Assembly: GCA_041694815.1 (NCBI GenBank)
Contig: JBGFSC010000054.1
Span: 1 to 54,589 of the forward strand
Length of the DNA: 54,589 bases
Direction: 5' to 3'
Source: Elusimicrobiota bacterium
Lineage (GTDB): Bacteria; Elusimicrobiota; Elusimicrobia; UBA1565; JACRDR01
The notes beneath the pieces were generated by a model, which saw only the letters and a list, made by a program, of their open reading frames with translations, was not told the DNA's origin and did not search any database. This document shows, piece by piece, positions 47,379 through 54,589 of this stretch (its first letter is position 1; every line of letters starts with the position of its first letter). Position numbers and translations under genes: made by a program.

Positions 47379-48508
47379 ATCGCGACTTATTTAACGAACT
47401 CTTCGTCCTTGAGCTGGCGAACAATCATTGGGGCCGGCTCGAGCGGGGGCTTCGGATCATCCGCGACTACGCCAAGGTCGTCCGCTACAACAACGTCCGA
47501 GCGGCCATTAAGCTGCAATTCAGGGACGTCGACAGCTTCATTCATAAGAACTTCCGGGAGCGTAAGGATATCCGCTATATCCGCAAAACCCTCGACACGC
47601 AGCTATCGCGCGAGGACTTCGCCGTCATGGTCGCGGCGATTCGCAAGGGAGGCTGCATCCCGATGGCCACGCCCTTCGATGAGAGATCCGTGGATTTGTG
47701 CGTGGAGCTAGGCATCGAAATCATAAAGATCGCTAGCTCCGATATAAACGATTGGATACTCATTGAGAAGATCGCCAAAACTCGAAAACCGGTGATCGCC
47801 TCAACAGGAGGCTCCTCGCTCAAGGACCTCGACGACCTGGTTACCTTTTTTCGCAACCGGGGGATCCCTTTGGCGATCAATCACTGCGTCGCGCTCTACC
47901 CCTGCGAGGATGGAGAGCTGGAGCTCAACCAAATCGACTTCTTGCGTAAGCGCTATCCCGATCTCACCGTGGGCCTTTCGACCCATGAGTATCACGACTG
48001 GACGTCCTCGATTCTGCTGGCCTACGCGAAGGGAGCCAGGACCTTCGAGCGCCATATCGACATCGAGGCCGACGGAATCCCGGTCTCGCCGTATTGCACT
48101 CTCCCCGAGCAATGCGATGTCTGGTTCAAAGCGTACCATAAGGCGAAGGAAATGTGCGGAGCCCCTGGCACGCAGAAACGGGTCCCGCCCAAGCGGGAAG
48201 TCCAATATCTCGACGCGCTTGTCCGCGGCATTTACGCCAAGCGGGACCTTCCCGCCGGGCATGTCTTGACCGAAGCGGACGTCTATCTGGCCGTTCCGTT
48301 GCTTAAGGGACAGATGTCCTGCCGGGAGCTCATCGCCGGAGAGGCGCTCATCAAGCCGGCTCGGGCGGACGCGCCGATCCTCGTCGATATGTTCGACACC
48401 CCCTATTCCCGGATCCCATCTTTGCGGGAAAAGATAGATAACCGAGGCCTGTCTCCCGAGGCCCCGGACGAGATCTCGCAGAATGGCCACTTGAAATTGC
48501 CGCGGTGA
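47375..48508 (+). CDS. NeuB/SpsE-like PEP-dependent synthase with SAF domain
   Basis: ELANNH.G, AIKLQ, TPFDE.SVD, KIASSD, STGG, HCV..YP, G.STHE, ERH; C-terminal RGIYAKRDL..GH. Confidence 0.88.
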   Translation: MNRDLFNELFVLELANNHWGRLERGLRIIRDYAKVVRYNNVRAAIKLQFRDVDSFIHKNFRERKDIRYIRKTLDTQLSREDFAVMVAAIRKGGCIPMATPFDERSVDLCVELGIEIIKIASSDINDWILIEKIAKTRKPVIASTGGSSLKDLDDLVTFFRNRGIPLAINHCVALYPCEDGELELNQIDFLRKRYPDLTVGLSTHEYHDWTSSILLAYAKGARTFERHIDIEADGIPVSPYCTLPEQCDVWFKAYHKAKEMCGAPGTQKRVPPKREVQYLDALVRGIYAKRDLPAGHVLTEADVYLAVPLLKGQMSCRELIAGEALIKPARADAPILVDMFDTPYSRIPSLREKIDNRGLSPEAPDEISQNGHLKLPR

Positions 48509-49383
48509 AGCGTGTTCTCCTGACCGGATCCACCGGTTTCATTGGCCGCAACCTGCGCGAGCGAATGGCTTCCGATTACGAGATCCTGGCTCCGCCGCGC
48601 GGCGAGCTCGATTTGCTCGATGACGACGCCGTCGCGCGGTATTTCCGGCGTCGAATAGTCGACGCGGTGGTCCATTGCGCCACCACGCCGGGACATCGTA
48701 ACGCGCCACCCGACTCCGTCGCCTTCAAGAATCTGCGGATGTTCGCCAACCTCCTCCGCGAGGAGGGCCGTTGGGGGCGCTTGATCTATTTCGGCTCCGG
48801 GGCCGAATACGATATCAGGCGCTGCCCTCCACGAGTGACCGAGTCTTTCTTCGGCGCGCATGTCCCCGCCGACGAGGGGGGATTCTCGAAATACCTCATC
48901 TCGCGGATGGCGGAGAGATGGGAGCGGATCGTCGTGCTCAGGCCTTTCGGAGTGTTCGGAAAATACGAGGACTACGAGATTCGCTTCATCTCCAACGCCC
49001 TCTGCAAGGCGATTTTCGGCCGGCCGATCACGATCAAGCAAAACCGCAGGTTCGATTACGTCTTTGTGGAGGACCTGCCGCGGGTAGTCGGGCATTTCAT
49101 CGAGAACGAGCCGCGCCAGAAGGCCTACAACGTCTGTTCCGGGTCCCCCGTGGAGCTTGTCGCCCTCGCCGAGATGGTCTTGGAGGCGGTCGGAACGCGG
49201 GTGGACGTCCTGGTATCGGAGCCCGGGATGGGGCCCGAGTTTTCAGGCGATAACGCGCGGCTTAAGGCCGAGCTGGGCGAACTTCGTTGGACTCCGATGC
49301 GCGAGGCGATCGCCGCGCTGCACCGGTGGTACCGCGAGCATCTCGACCGCATACGGCCGGCGGCGCTGGCGGTGGATAAATGA
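48505..49383 (+). CDS. NAD-dependent epimerase/dehydratase
   Basis: LTGSTGFIG, HCA, GSGAEY, FSK, LR.FGVFG, FDYVFVED; catalytic Tyr of YxxxK appears replaced (GGFSK). Confidence 0.85.
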   Translation: MKRVLLTGSTGFIGRNLRERMASDYEILAPPRGELDLLDDDAVARYFRRRIVDAVVHCATTPGHRNAPPDSVAFKNLRMFANLLREEGRWGRLIYFGSGAEYDIRRCPPRVTESFFGAHVPADEGGFSKYLISRMAERWERIVVLRPFGVFGKYEDYEIRFISNALCKAIFGRPITIKQNRRFDYVFVEDLPRVVGHFIENEPRQKAYNVCSGSPVELVALAEMVLEAVGTRVDVLVSEPGMGPEFSGDNARLKAELGELRWTPMREAIAALHRWYREHLDRIRPAALAVDK

Positions 49384-50318
49384 GCCAGCGGAAGCTCGTC
49401 TCGGTGGTCATTCCGGCCTATAACGAGGAGGCGGTGCTGGGCGAGCTGGCCCGGCGCCTGCAGGCGGTCTTCGCCCAAAATCCCAAATACGACTTCGAGG
49501 TCGTTCTCGTCGAAAACGGCTCGACCGATTCGAGCTACGATAAAATGATGGAAATACGGCGAGGGGATCCACGCTTTAAGATACTCCGCCTTTCCAGGAA
49601 TTTCCGGATGGACGGCGGTCTTACGGCGGGACTCAAGTATGCCTCCGGGCATGCGGCCGTCTTGATGACGGCCGATCTTCAGGATCCACCCGAGATGATC
49701 TCGCGCTTCTTGGAAAAGTGGGAGGAGGGTTACGAGAACGTCTACGGAATCGTCACCAAGCGGCGAGGCACCGGCATTCTCCGCCGCATCAATTCCCAGC
49801 TGTTTTATTTGCTGGCCAGTCGGCTGACCAATGGGCTTTTTCCCCGCAATGCCAGCGATTTCAGGCTGGTTGACCGGAAGGTTTACGAGACCATCAATCG
49901 GATGGAGGAGCGCAACCGCTTCATGCGGGGCCTGTTCGTATGGGCGGGTTTCCGCGCCATCGGAGTCGAGCATGAGCGCTCGCCCCGATTCGCCGGCGAG
50001 GCGAAGTCGTATTCGCTGGGGGTGCTCGAGCTGGCGCTCAAGGGCATGCTGGGTTTTTCGCATATACCGCTCAACATCATTCCCATCGCCGGCCTCTCCG
50101 TGTCGGCCTTTTCGCTGTTGCTCTTGGCGGGCATCGTCGTCCGTGTGCTCTGGTGGGGCGTGCCGTTTCCTGGGTTCGGCACCATCATGGCGGTGATGCT
50201 GTTCATGTTCGGCGTCCTGTTTACCCTCTTGGGGATACTGAGCCAATATGTGGGCCTGATCTACGAGGAGGTCAAGCAGCGGCCTAATTTCATCGTCCGG
50301 GAGACCCAGGGACTGTGA
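49380..50318 (+). CDS. GtrB/ArnC-like polyprenol-phosphate glycosyltransferase (GT2)
   Basis: SVVIPAYNEE, LSRNF, ADLQDPP, DFRL.DR, RFAGE.K, two C-terminal TMs, YEEVK.RP.FIV. Confidence 0.92.
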   Translation: MSQRKLVSVVIPAYNEEAVLGELARRLQAVFAQNPKYDFEVVLVENGSTDSSYDKMMEIRRGDPRFKILRLSRNFRMDGGLTAGLKYASGHAAVLMTADLQDPPEMISRFLEKWEEGYENVYGIVTKRRGTGILRRINSQLFYLLASRLTNGLFPRNASDFRLVDRKVYETINRMEERNRFMRGLFVWAGFRAIGVEHERSPRFAGEAKSYSLGVLELALKGMLGFSHIPLNIIPIAGLSVSAFSLLLLAGIVVRVLWWGVPFPGFGTIMAVMLFMFGVLFTLLGILSQYVGLIYEEVKQRPNFIVRETQGL

Positions 50319-50330
50319 CCGAAGTCTATA

Positions 50331-50359
50331 TTGACAGAAATGTCACAAGGAGCTAAACT
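50331..50359 (+). promoter_or_regulatory. Sigma70 promoter of pilin copy 1 (TTGACA-17-TAAACT); duplicated at 50989-51017
   Basis: Consensus -35 and 17-bp spacer; TGACA-gaaa-TGTCA palindrome overlaps the -35. Confidence 0.7.
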
Positions 50360-50442
50360 AGGGCAACGTTGGCACCATGCGGACCGGATGCGCATATTTA
50401 CTCCTTTTCATTGATGCCGGTCCAAAGGAGGGTGCGAAAGAG

Positions 50443-50895
50443 ATGAAAGCAAACAAGGGCAGCAAGGGCTTCGCGAGCCTGGGATTCACGCTCATCGAGC
50501 TGATGATCGTGGTCGCAATCATTGGTATATTGGCGGCCATCGCCATACCTAAGTTCGCGAACCTAATCCGCAAGTCCAACGAGGGTCAGAGCAAGGGAAA
50601 TCTCGGGGCTGTCCGCAGCGCCCTGAGCATCTACTACGGGGACATGGAGGGGGTATACCCCACCGACGTGAACTCGCTGACCACCGCTGGAAAGTACCTG
50701 ACGGTGATGCCGATCGCCAAGACGCCCGGTTATCACGCGGACTCGTCTGGGGCCGTGCAGAACACCGGCACGACGGCGATCACCGACGCGGGCGGCTGGG
50801 CGTACTCGAACGGGGCCTCGGACGCGAACTTCGGGACCTTGTGGGTCAATTGTTCCCACACGGACACGAAGTCGACCACCTGGTCCACGTACTAG
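50443..50895 (+). CDS. Type IV major pilin-like protein, copy 1
   Basis: Prepilin motif G|FTLIELMIVVAIIGILAAIAIP; SD aaggagg; own promoter and terminator. Confidence 0.92.
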   Translation: MKANKGSKGFASLGFTLIELMIVVAIIGILAAIAIPKFANLIRKSNEGQSKGNLGAVRSALSIYYGDMEGVYPTDVNSLTTAGKYLTVMPIAKTPGYHADSSGAVQNTGTTAITDAGGWAYSNGASDANFGTLWVNCSHTDTKSTTWSTY

Positions 50896-50912
50896 GCCGT
50901 TTGTTTTCGGAC

Positions 50913-50950
50913 CGCAGGCCCTCCGGGTTTCCGGAGGGCCTGCGCTTTTT
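50913..50950 (+). terminator. Rho-independent terminator
   Basis: cgcaggccctccgg-gttt-ccggagggcctgcg followed by cttttt. Confidence 0.88.
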
Positions 50951-51100
50951 GCTATGGGGATAATCAGGGACTGTGACCGAAGTCTATATTGACAGAAATG
51001 TCACAAGGAGCTAAACTAGGGCAACGTTGGCACCATGCGGACCGGATGCGCATATTTACTCCTTTTCATTGATGCCGGTCCAAAGGAGGGTGCGAAAGAG

Positions 51101-51553
51101 ATGAAAGCAAACAAGGGCAGCAAGGGCTTCGCGAGCCTGGGATTCACGCTCATCGAGCTGATGATCGTGGTCGCAATCATTGGTATATTGGCGGCCATCG
51201 CCATACCTAAGTTCGCGAACCTAATCCGCAAGTCCAACGAGGGTCAGAGCAAGGGAAATCTCGGGGCTGTCCGCAGCGCCCTGAGCATCTACTACGGGGA
51301 CATGGAGGGGGTATACCCCACCGACGTGAACTCGCTGACCACCGCTGGAAAGTACCTGACGGTGATGCCGATCGCCAAGACGCCCGGTTATCACGCGGAC
51401 TCGTCTGGGGCCGTGCAGAACACCGGCACGACGGCGATCACCGACGCGGGCGGCTGGGCGTACTCGAACGGGGCCTCGGACGCGAACTTCGGGACCTTGT
51501 GGGTCAATTGTTCCCACACGGACACGAAGTCGACCACCTGGTCCACGTACTAG
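51101..51553 (+). CDS. Type IV major pilin-like protein, copy 2 (identical)
   Basis: Same sequence as 50443-50895. Confidence 0.92.
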   Translation: MKANKGSKGFASLGFTLIELMIVVAIIGILAAIAIPKFANLIRKSNEGQSKGNLGAVRSALSIYYGDMEGVYPTDVNSLTTAGKYLTVMPIAKTPGYHADSSGAVQNTGTTAITDAGGWAYSNGASDANFGTLWVNCSHTDTKSTTWSTY

Positions 51554-51570
51554 GCCGTTTGTTTTCGGAC

Positions 51571-51608
51571 CGCAGGCCCTCCGGGTTTCCGGAGGGCCTG
51601 CGCTTTTT
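51571..51608 (+). terminator. Rho-independent terminator, copy 2
   Basis: Same 14-bp stem and T tract; ends 3 nt before the pilD ATG. Confidence 0.85.
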
Positions 51609-51611
51609 GCC

Positions 51612-52409
51612 ATGGAGATACTCGGGTTGTTGGCGCCGCTTCTGGGGCTTATCCTAGGCTCCTTCCTCAACGTCTGCATCCACCGCTTGCCTCAGGAGCA
51701 ATCCCTGTGGCGGCCGGGCTCCCATTGCCCTAAATGCGGCCATCCTGTCGCTTTCTACGACAATATCCCCGTTCTTAGCTTCCTGTGGCTTGGAGGGCGC
51801 TGTCGCCATTGCGGCTCGAGGATTTCGGCGCGCTATCCGGCCGTCGAACTATTGACCGCCGCGTTGTTCTCGCTTCTTTATTGGCGCTGGCAGGGCCGGC
51901 CCGAATGGGCGCTGGCGAGTTGGTTGGCCGCCGGAATACTCATCGCGGTGGCCTTCATCGATTGGGACACCTTCCTGATTCCCGACATTCTGTCCTACGG
52001 GCTGCTGGCCTCTGGCCTGTTGCTCTCGCCGATCAATCCGCTGTTGGGCGAGGGGCCGTGGTGGCGCCTGGGCCAGTCGGCGGCCGGGGCGGCGCTCGGA
52101 TTTGCCCTGTGCTGGGGCACCGCGGAATTAGGGGAGGCGGCGTTCAAGAAAGAGGCGATGGGGGGAGGGGACATCAAGCTCCTGGCTGGAGTCGGCGCGT
52201 GGAGCGGGGCCTTGGGGGCCTTCGACTGCCTGGTCGTGGCGTCGCTTCTGGGATCGGTGTACGGCGGCGCCCTGCTGCTTCGAGGCTCGCTGCGCCGCGA
52301 GGACCCGATCCCCTTCGGACCGTTTCTCAGCGCGGCCGCGATCCTGAACTTTTTTTGGCTAATGCCCTTCGGTTTCCCTTTTTTAGGAGCAGGTGGTGGA
52401 CAGGGATAA
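51612..52409 (+). CDS. pilD: Prepilin peptidase
   Basis: GSFLNVCIHRLP, SHCPKC/CRHC, IS.RYP.VE, FID, MGGGDIKL, IPFGPFL. Confidence 0.95.
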   Translation: MEILGLLAPLLGLILGSFLNVCIHRLPQEQSLWRPGSHCPKCGHPVAFYDNIPVLSFLWLGGRCRHCGSRISARYPAVELLTAALFSLLYWRWQGRPEWALASWLAAGILIAVAFIDWDTFLIPDILSYGLLASGLLLSPINPLLGEGPWWRLGQSAAGAALGFALCWGTAELGEAAFKKEAMGGGDIKLLAGVGAWSGALGAFDCLVVASLLGSVYGGALLLRGSLRREDPIPFGPFLSAAAILNFFWLMPFGFPFLGAGGGQG

Positions 52410-52411
52410 TC

Positions 52412-52499
52412 TGGCGGAAGGGGGGGGATTCGAACCCCCGAGGGTGTGACCCCTACACGATTTCCAGTCGTGCCGTTTCAACCGCTCACGCACCCTTCC
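52412..52499 (-). tRNA. tRNA-Ser(GGA)
   Basis: Reverse complement: GGAAGGG acceptor, cacga-ctGGAaa-tcgtg anticodon arm, long variable arm, GGGGG-TTCGAAT-CCCCC, CCCTTCC-G-CCA. Confidence 0.97.
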
Positions 52500-52559
52500 A
52501 AATTAGTTTTAGTTAATTAAAATAATATATTTTCTGGTTCCAGGAAAATGAGTCGAATT

Positions 52560-52580
52560 GTAGCGTAGTGGTAACGTAGT
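52560..52580. other. Candidate integrase arm-type binding sites
   Basis: Direct repeat gtagcgtagt/gtaacgtagt (11-bp period) beyond an AT-rich spacer, between the tRNA and the element genes. Confidence 0.45.
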
Positions 52581-52591
52581 GCTAGGGAGCG

Positions 52592-53683
52592 TCATTTCTC
52601 ATCTCGTCCGAGTTGAGGATCCGCCGAAGCTATCCGTTCGCGCGCGAGCCGGATCGCGTCATGCAGTTTCTGCTCCAGTACCTTGCGTGGCGGCAGCTCC
52701 GTCATGTATTCGGCTACGCGAATTCCGCTTTTGTCGAGCTGGAGTAGTTCTATTTCTTCGTGACCGCCTCCGGCGCATAGAATAAGGCCGATGGGGACGC
52801 CTTCGCCGGCTTGTTGTTCGTATTTCTCGAGCCAACGCAGGTAAAGTTCCATCTGCCCCTTATATTCTGGTTTAAACTTATCGAGCTTAAGCTCGATGGC
52901 TACCAGGCGCTTAAGTTTTCGATGGTAGAACAGGAGATCGAGATAATAATCCTTCTCGCCGATTTGGATTCTCTTCTGGCGAGACATGAACGTAAAGCCG
53001 GCCCCCAATTCTAGGATGAAGGCTTCCATCTCCCGTAGGATGGCCGCTTCCACGTCTTTCTCTTGGTAAGCGCCCTTCAGGCCGAGGAAGTCCAGGAAAT
53101 ACGGGTCTCGAAACACCAAATCGGGAGTTAAGCGATCTTCTTCTTTGAGTTTCTTAAGTTCCAATGCGGCGAGCTTGGATGGTTTCTTGGATAGGGCGGT
53201 GCGCTCGAAAAGCATTCCGCCGATCTTCTTTTCGAGGGTTCGCGTGTTCCACCCCTCAAGGCGGCACATTTCAGCATAGAACTCGCGCTTCAGTGGATCG
53301 TCGAGGTAAATCAGGCTCTTGAAGTGAGTCCAAGTCAATTGTCTCCGCAGCGCGGAGACAATCTTTTCATCGGGAAACACCTGAGCAAACCGGATCATGT
53401 GGCGAAGGCTCTTTTCCGAGAAGCCCCGACCGTACTCCCTCGCCAATTGTCTCCCCACTGCGGAGACAATTCGTTCTCCATAGTCTGCGCGTTCGCCGCC
53501 CAACACCTCCTGGCCGACGCGCCGGCCGACGTTCCAATACAGCGTAGCGAGGCCCGCGTTAACGGTCTGCGCCACTTGGTTCCTTGCGGTGTCAATAAGA
53601 GCACGAAGGTCATGAAGCAATTTATCTGCGGTATGGTCAGCGGCCTTCCCAGGCCGCTGTAGCAGAGCCTTGGCGATCTTCAT
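52592..53683 (-). CDS. YhcG/DUF1016 PD-(D/E)XK nuclease-domain protein
   Basis: LYW.VG, YG..IV, GRGFS...L..M..F, LTWTH, FY...C....W..R.L, RDPY.LDFL, ELG.GF.F..RQ.R, DLLFYH..L..LVAIELK. Confidence 0.92.
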   Translation of the reverse strand: MKIAKALLQRPGKAADHTADKLLHDLRALIDTARNQVAQTVNAGLATLYWNVGRRVGQEVLGGERADYGERIVSAVGRQLAREYGRGFSEKSLRHMIRFAQVFPDEKIVSALRRQLTWTHFKSLIYLDDPLKREFYAEMCRLEGWNTRTLEKKIGGMLFERTALSKKPSKLAALELKKLKEEDRLTPDLVFRDPYFLDFLGLKGAYQEKDVEAAILREMEAFILELGAGFTFMSRQKRIQIGEKDYYLDLLFYHRKLKRLVAIELKLDKFKPEYKGQMELYLRWLEKYEQQAGEGVPIGLILCAGGGHEEIELLQLDKSGIRVAEYMTELPPRKVLEQKLHDAIRLARERIASADPQLGRDEK

Positions 53684-54469
53684 CGAACCGCTTCCTCGGC
53701 GGCAGCGTCGCGGCCCAGCAGTTGGATGGTCGAACGCCATATCCCTTTATTGATGTGGGCGTAGCGCTGGAGCATCCGCAAGGAGCTGTGGCCCATGTAC
53801 TCCTGGACCGTTCGGATATCGGCGCCCTTGGCGATCAGCTCGGAGGCGAAGTTGTGCCTGAGCATGTGGAAGGTAAGCTCGGGAATGCCGATTTTCTCCC
53901 GTACTTTTTCAAAGACCTCGCGCACGATGCCGTTGCGGTGGTACTTGTCGCCCGCCGAGTTGCAGAAGACGTAATCCGATTTCCTGGGAAGGCCATCCAG
54001 CGCCTTTTTTAGTTCAGGATGGATTGGAATCTGCCGGAGTTTCTTGGCCTTTGTATGCCTGACATTGATGAGGTCGTGAGCGAGGTCAACGTCTTTCCAT
54101 TGCAGGTTGAGTATCTCTCCCTGGCGCATGCCGGTCTTTAGCGCCATCGTAACGATGGGCTTCAGATAATCGGGGCTTGCCTCCAAGAGTTTCCGGCGCT
54201 CTTCCGGTGTCAGGATTCGGATCGGCGTTTTTTCCTCTTTGAAAAGACTGATCTCTTTTACGGGGTTGCGGGCCGTGTAGCCCCAGCGCACCGCTTTGCT
54301 GAAGATGACCTTGAGCAGAGCCAATTCCCGGTTGATCGTGGCTTCTTTGACGAATTTCAGCCGTTTTGCTTTGTAGAGTTCGACAGCCTGCGGTTGAATA
54401 TTCGCGAGGGACACATCGCCGAAATGCTCCTTGAGTTTTTCGAGGTTGCTTTCATCTCCTTTCCAGGAC
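53680..54469 (-). pseudogene. Tyrosine recombinase/integrase, 5' end cut by an IS insertion
   Basis: TINREL..LK, TGMRQGE, K, FH.LRH.FAS, GHSS..M..RYAH; the upstream part of the ORF (ILTGQEW) is read from the IS terminal repeat. Confidence 0.75.
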
Positions 54470-54589
54470 CACTCCTGTCCGGTTAAAATAGCGTAGGCGC
54501 CCTTCGTCATTGGTAGAATGTTTCTGCGAGGAAGCAATCTACCGACGGAGGACGCCTATGCCTCATTATAACACAGTCCTGCATCAACT
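54470..54589 (+). mobile_element. Left end of an IS4-like element with transposase start
   Basis: Terminal CACTCCTGTCCGGTTAAA resembles IS4-type ends; GGAGG SD, then ATG 54558 encoding MPHYNTVLHQ (resembles the DUF4372 IS4 transposase N-terminus); runs off the window. Confidence 0.65.

Larger units (their letters stand above)
50307..51610 (+). repeat. Tandem duplication (658-bp period) of promoter + pilin + terminator
   Basis: 50307-50952 and 50965-51610 appear identical; the encoded proteins are identical. Confidence 0.95.

Noticed and set aside
50369..50387. Sigma54 promoter (TTGGCAC) for the pilin
   Set aside because: No TTGC at -12 with correct spacing; a good sigma70 promoter lies just upstream.
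50360..50440. c-di-GMP-I riboswitch
   Set aside because: The leader starts GGGCAAC but lacks the GNRA/receptor and GCAAA..C architecture.
29585..52412. tRNA-bounded genomic island with att repeats
   Set aside because: No duplicate of either tRNA 3' end was seen, and the region includes the core gene pilD.

Overview
This is a GC-rich bacterial contig-like window, probably from Elusimicrobiota. That assignment is an inference from the KFAxLIRKSxEGxxKGNLGxxRSALSIYY-type pilin and the FPNPF...WDG C-terminal domain protein. Positions 1-29.6 kb are mostly housekeeping genes: dihaem cytochrome c, radical SAM, mutY, trpS, rdgB, murC, rsmA, efp and smpB. This part also holds a small low-GC island, tRNA-Leu, and a B12 methylmalonyl-CoA operon interrupted by a PilB-like ATPase and a GAF/HD-GYP gene. 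A DnaA-box cluster with an AT-rich tract lies at about 27.63 kb. Positions 29.8-52.4 kb form a large surface-glycosylation locus. It has five large polytopic membrane proteins (several GT-C-like) and two polyprenol-phosphate GT2s. It also encodes a domain-reversed Rieske oxygenase and a ThDP enzyme/SDR/DHQS-like cyclase/FGGY kinase/NeuB-like/epimerase operon, followed by two identical tandem type IV pilin genes and pilD. The window ends with tRNA-Ser, YhcG and a tyrosine integrase truncated by an IS4-like element. Two families of palindromic repeats are present, and one copy sits in frame inside a gene. The best candidates for something new are the putative carbocyclic/branched sugar pathway coupled to pilin glycosylation, the permuted Rieske oxygenase and the modular palindromic element family. 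All calls come from motif recognition by eye; no database searches were run.
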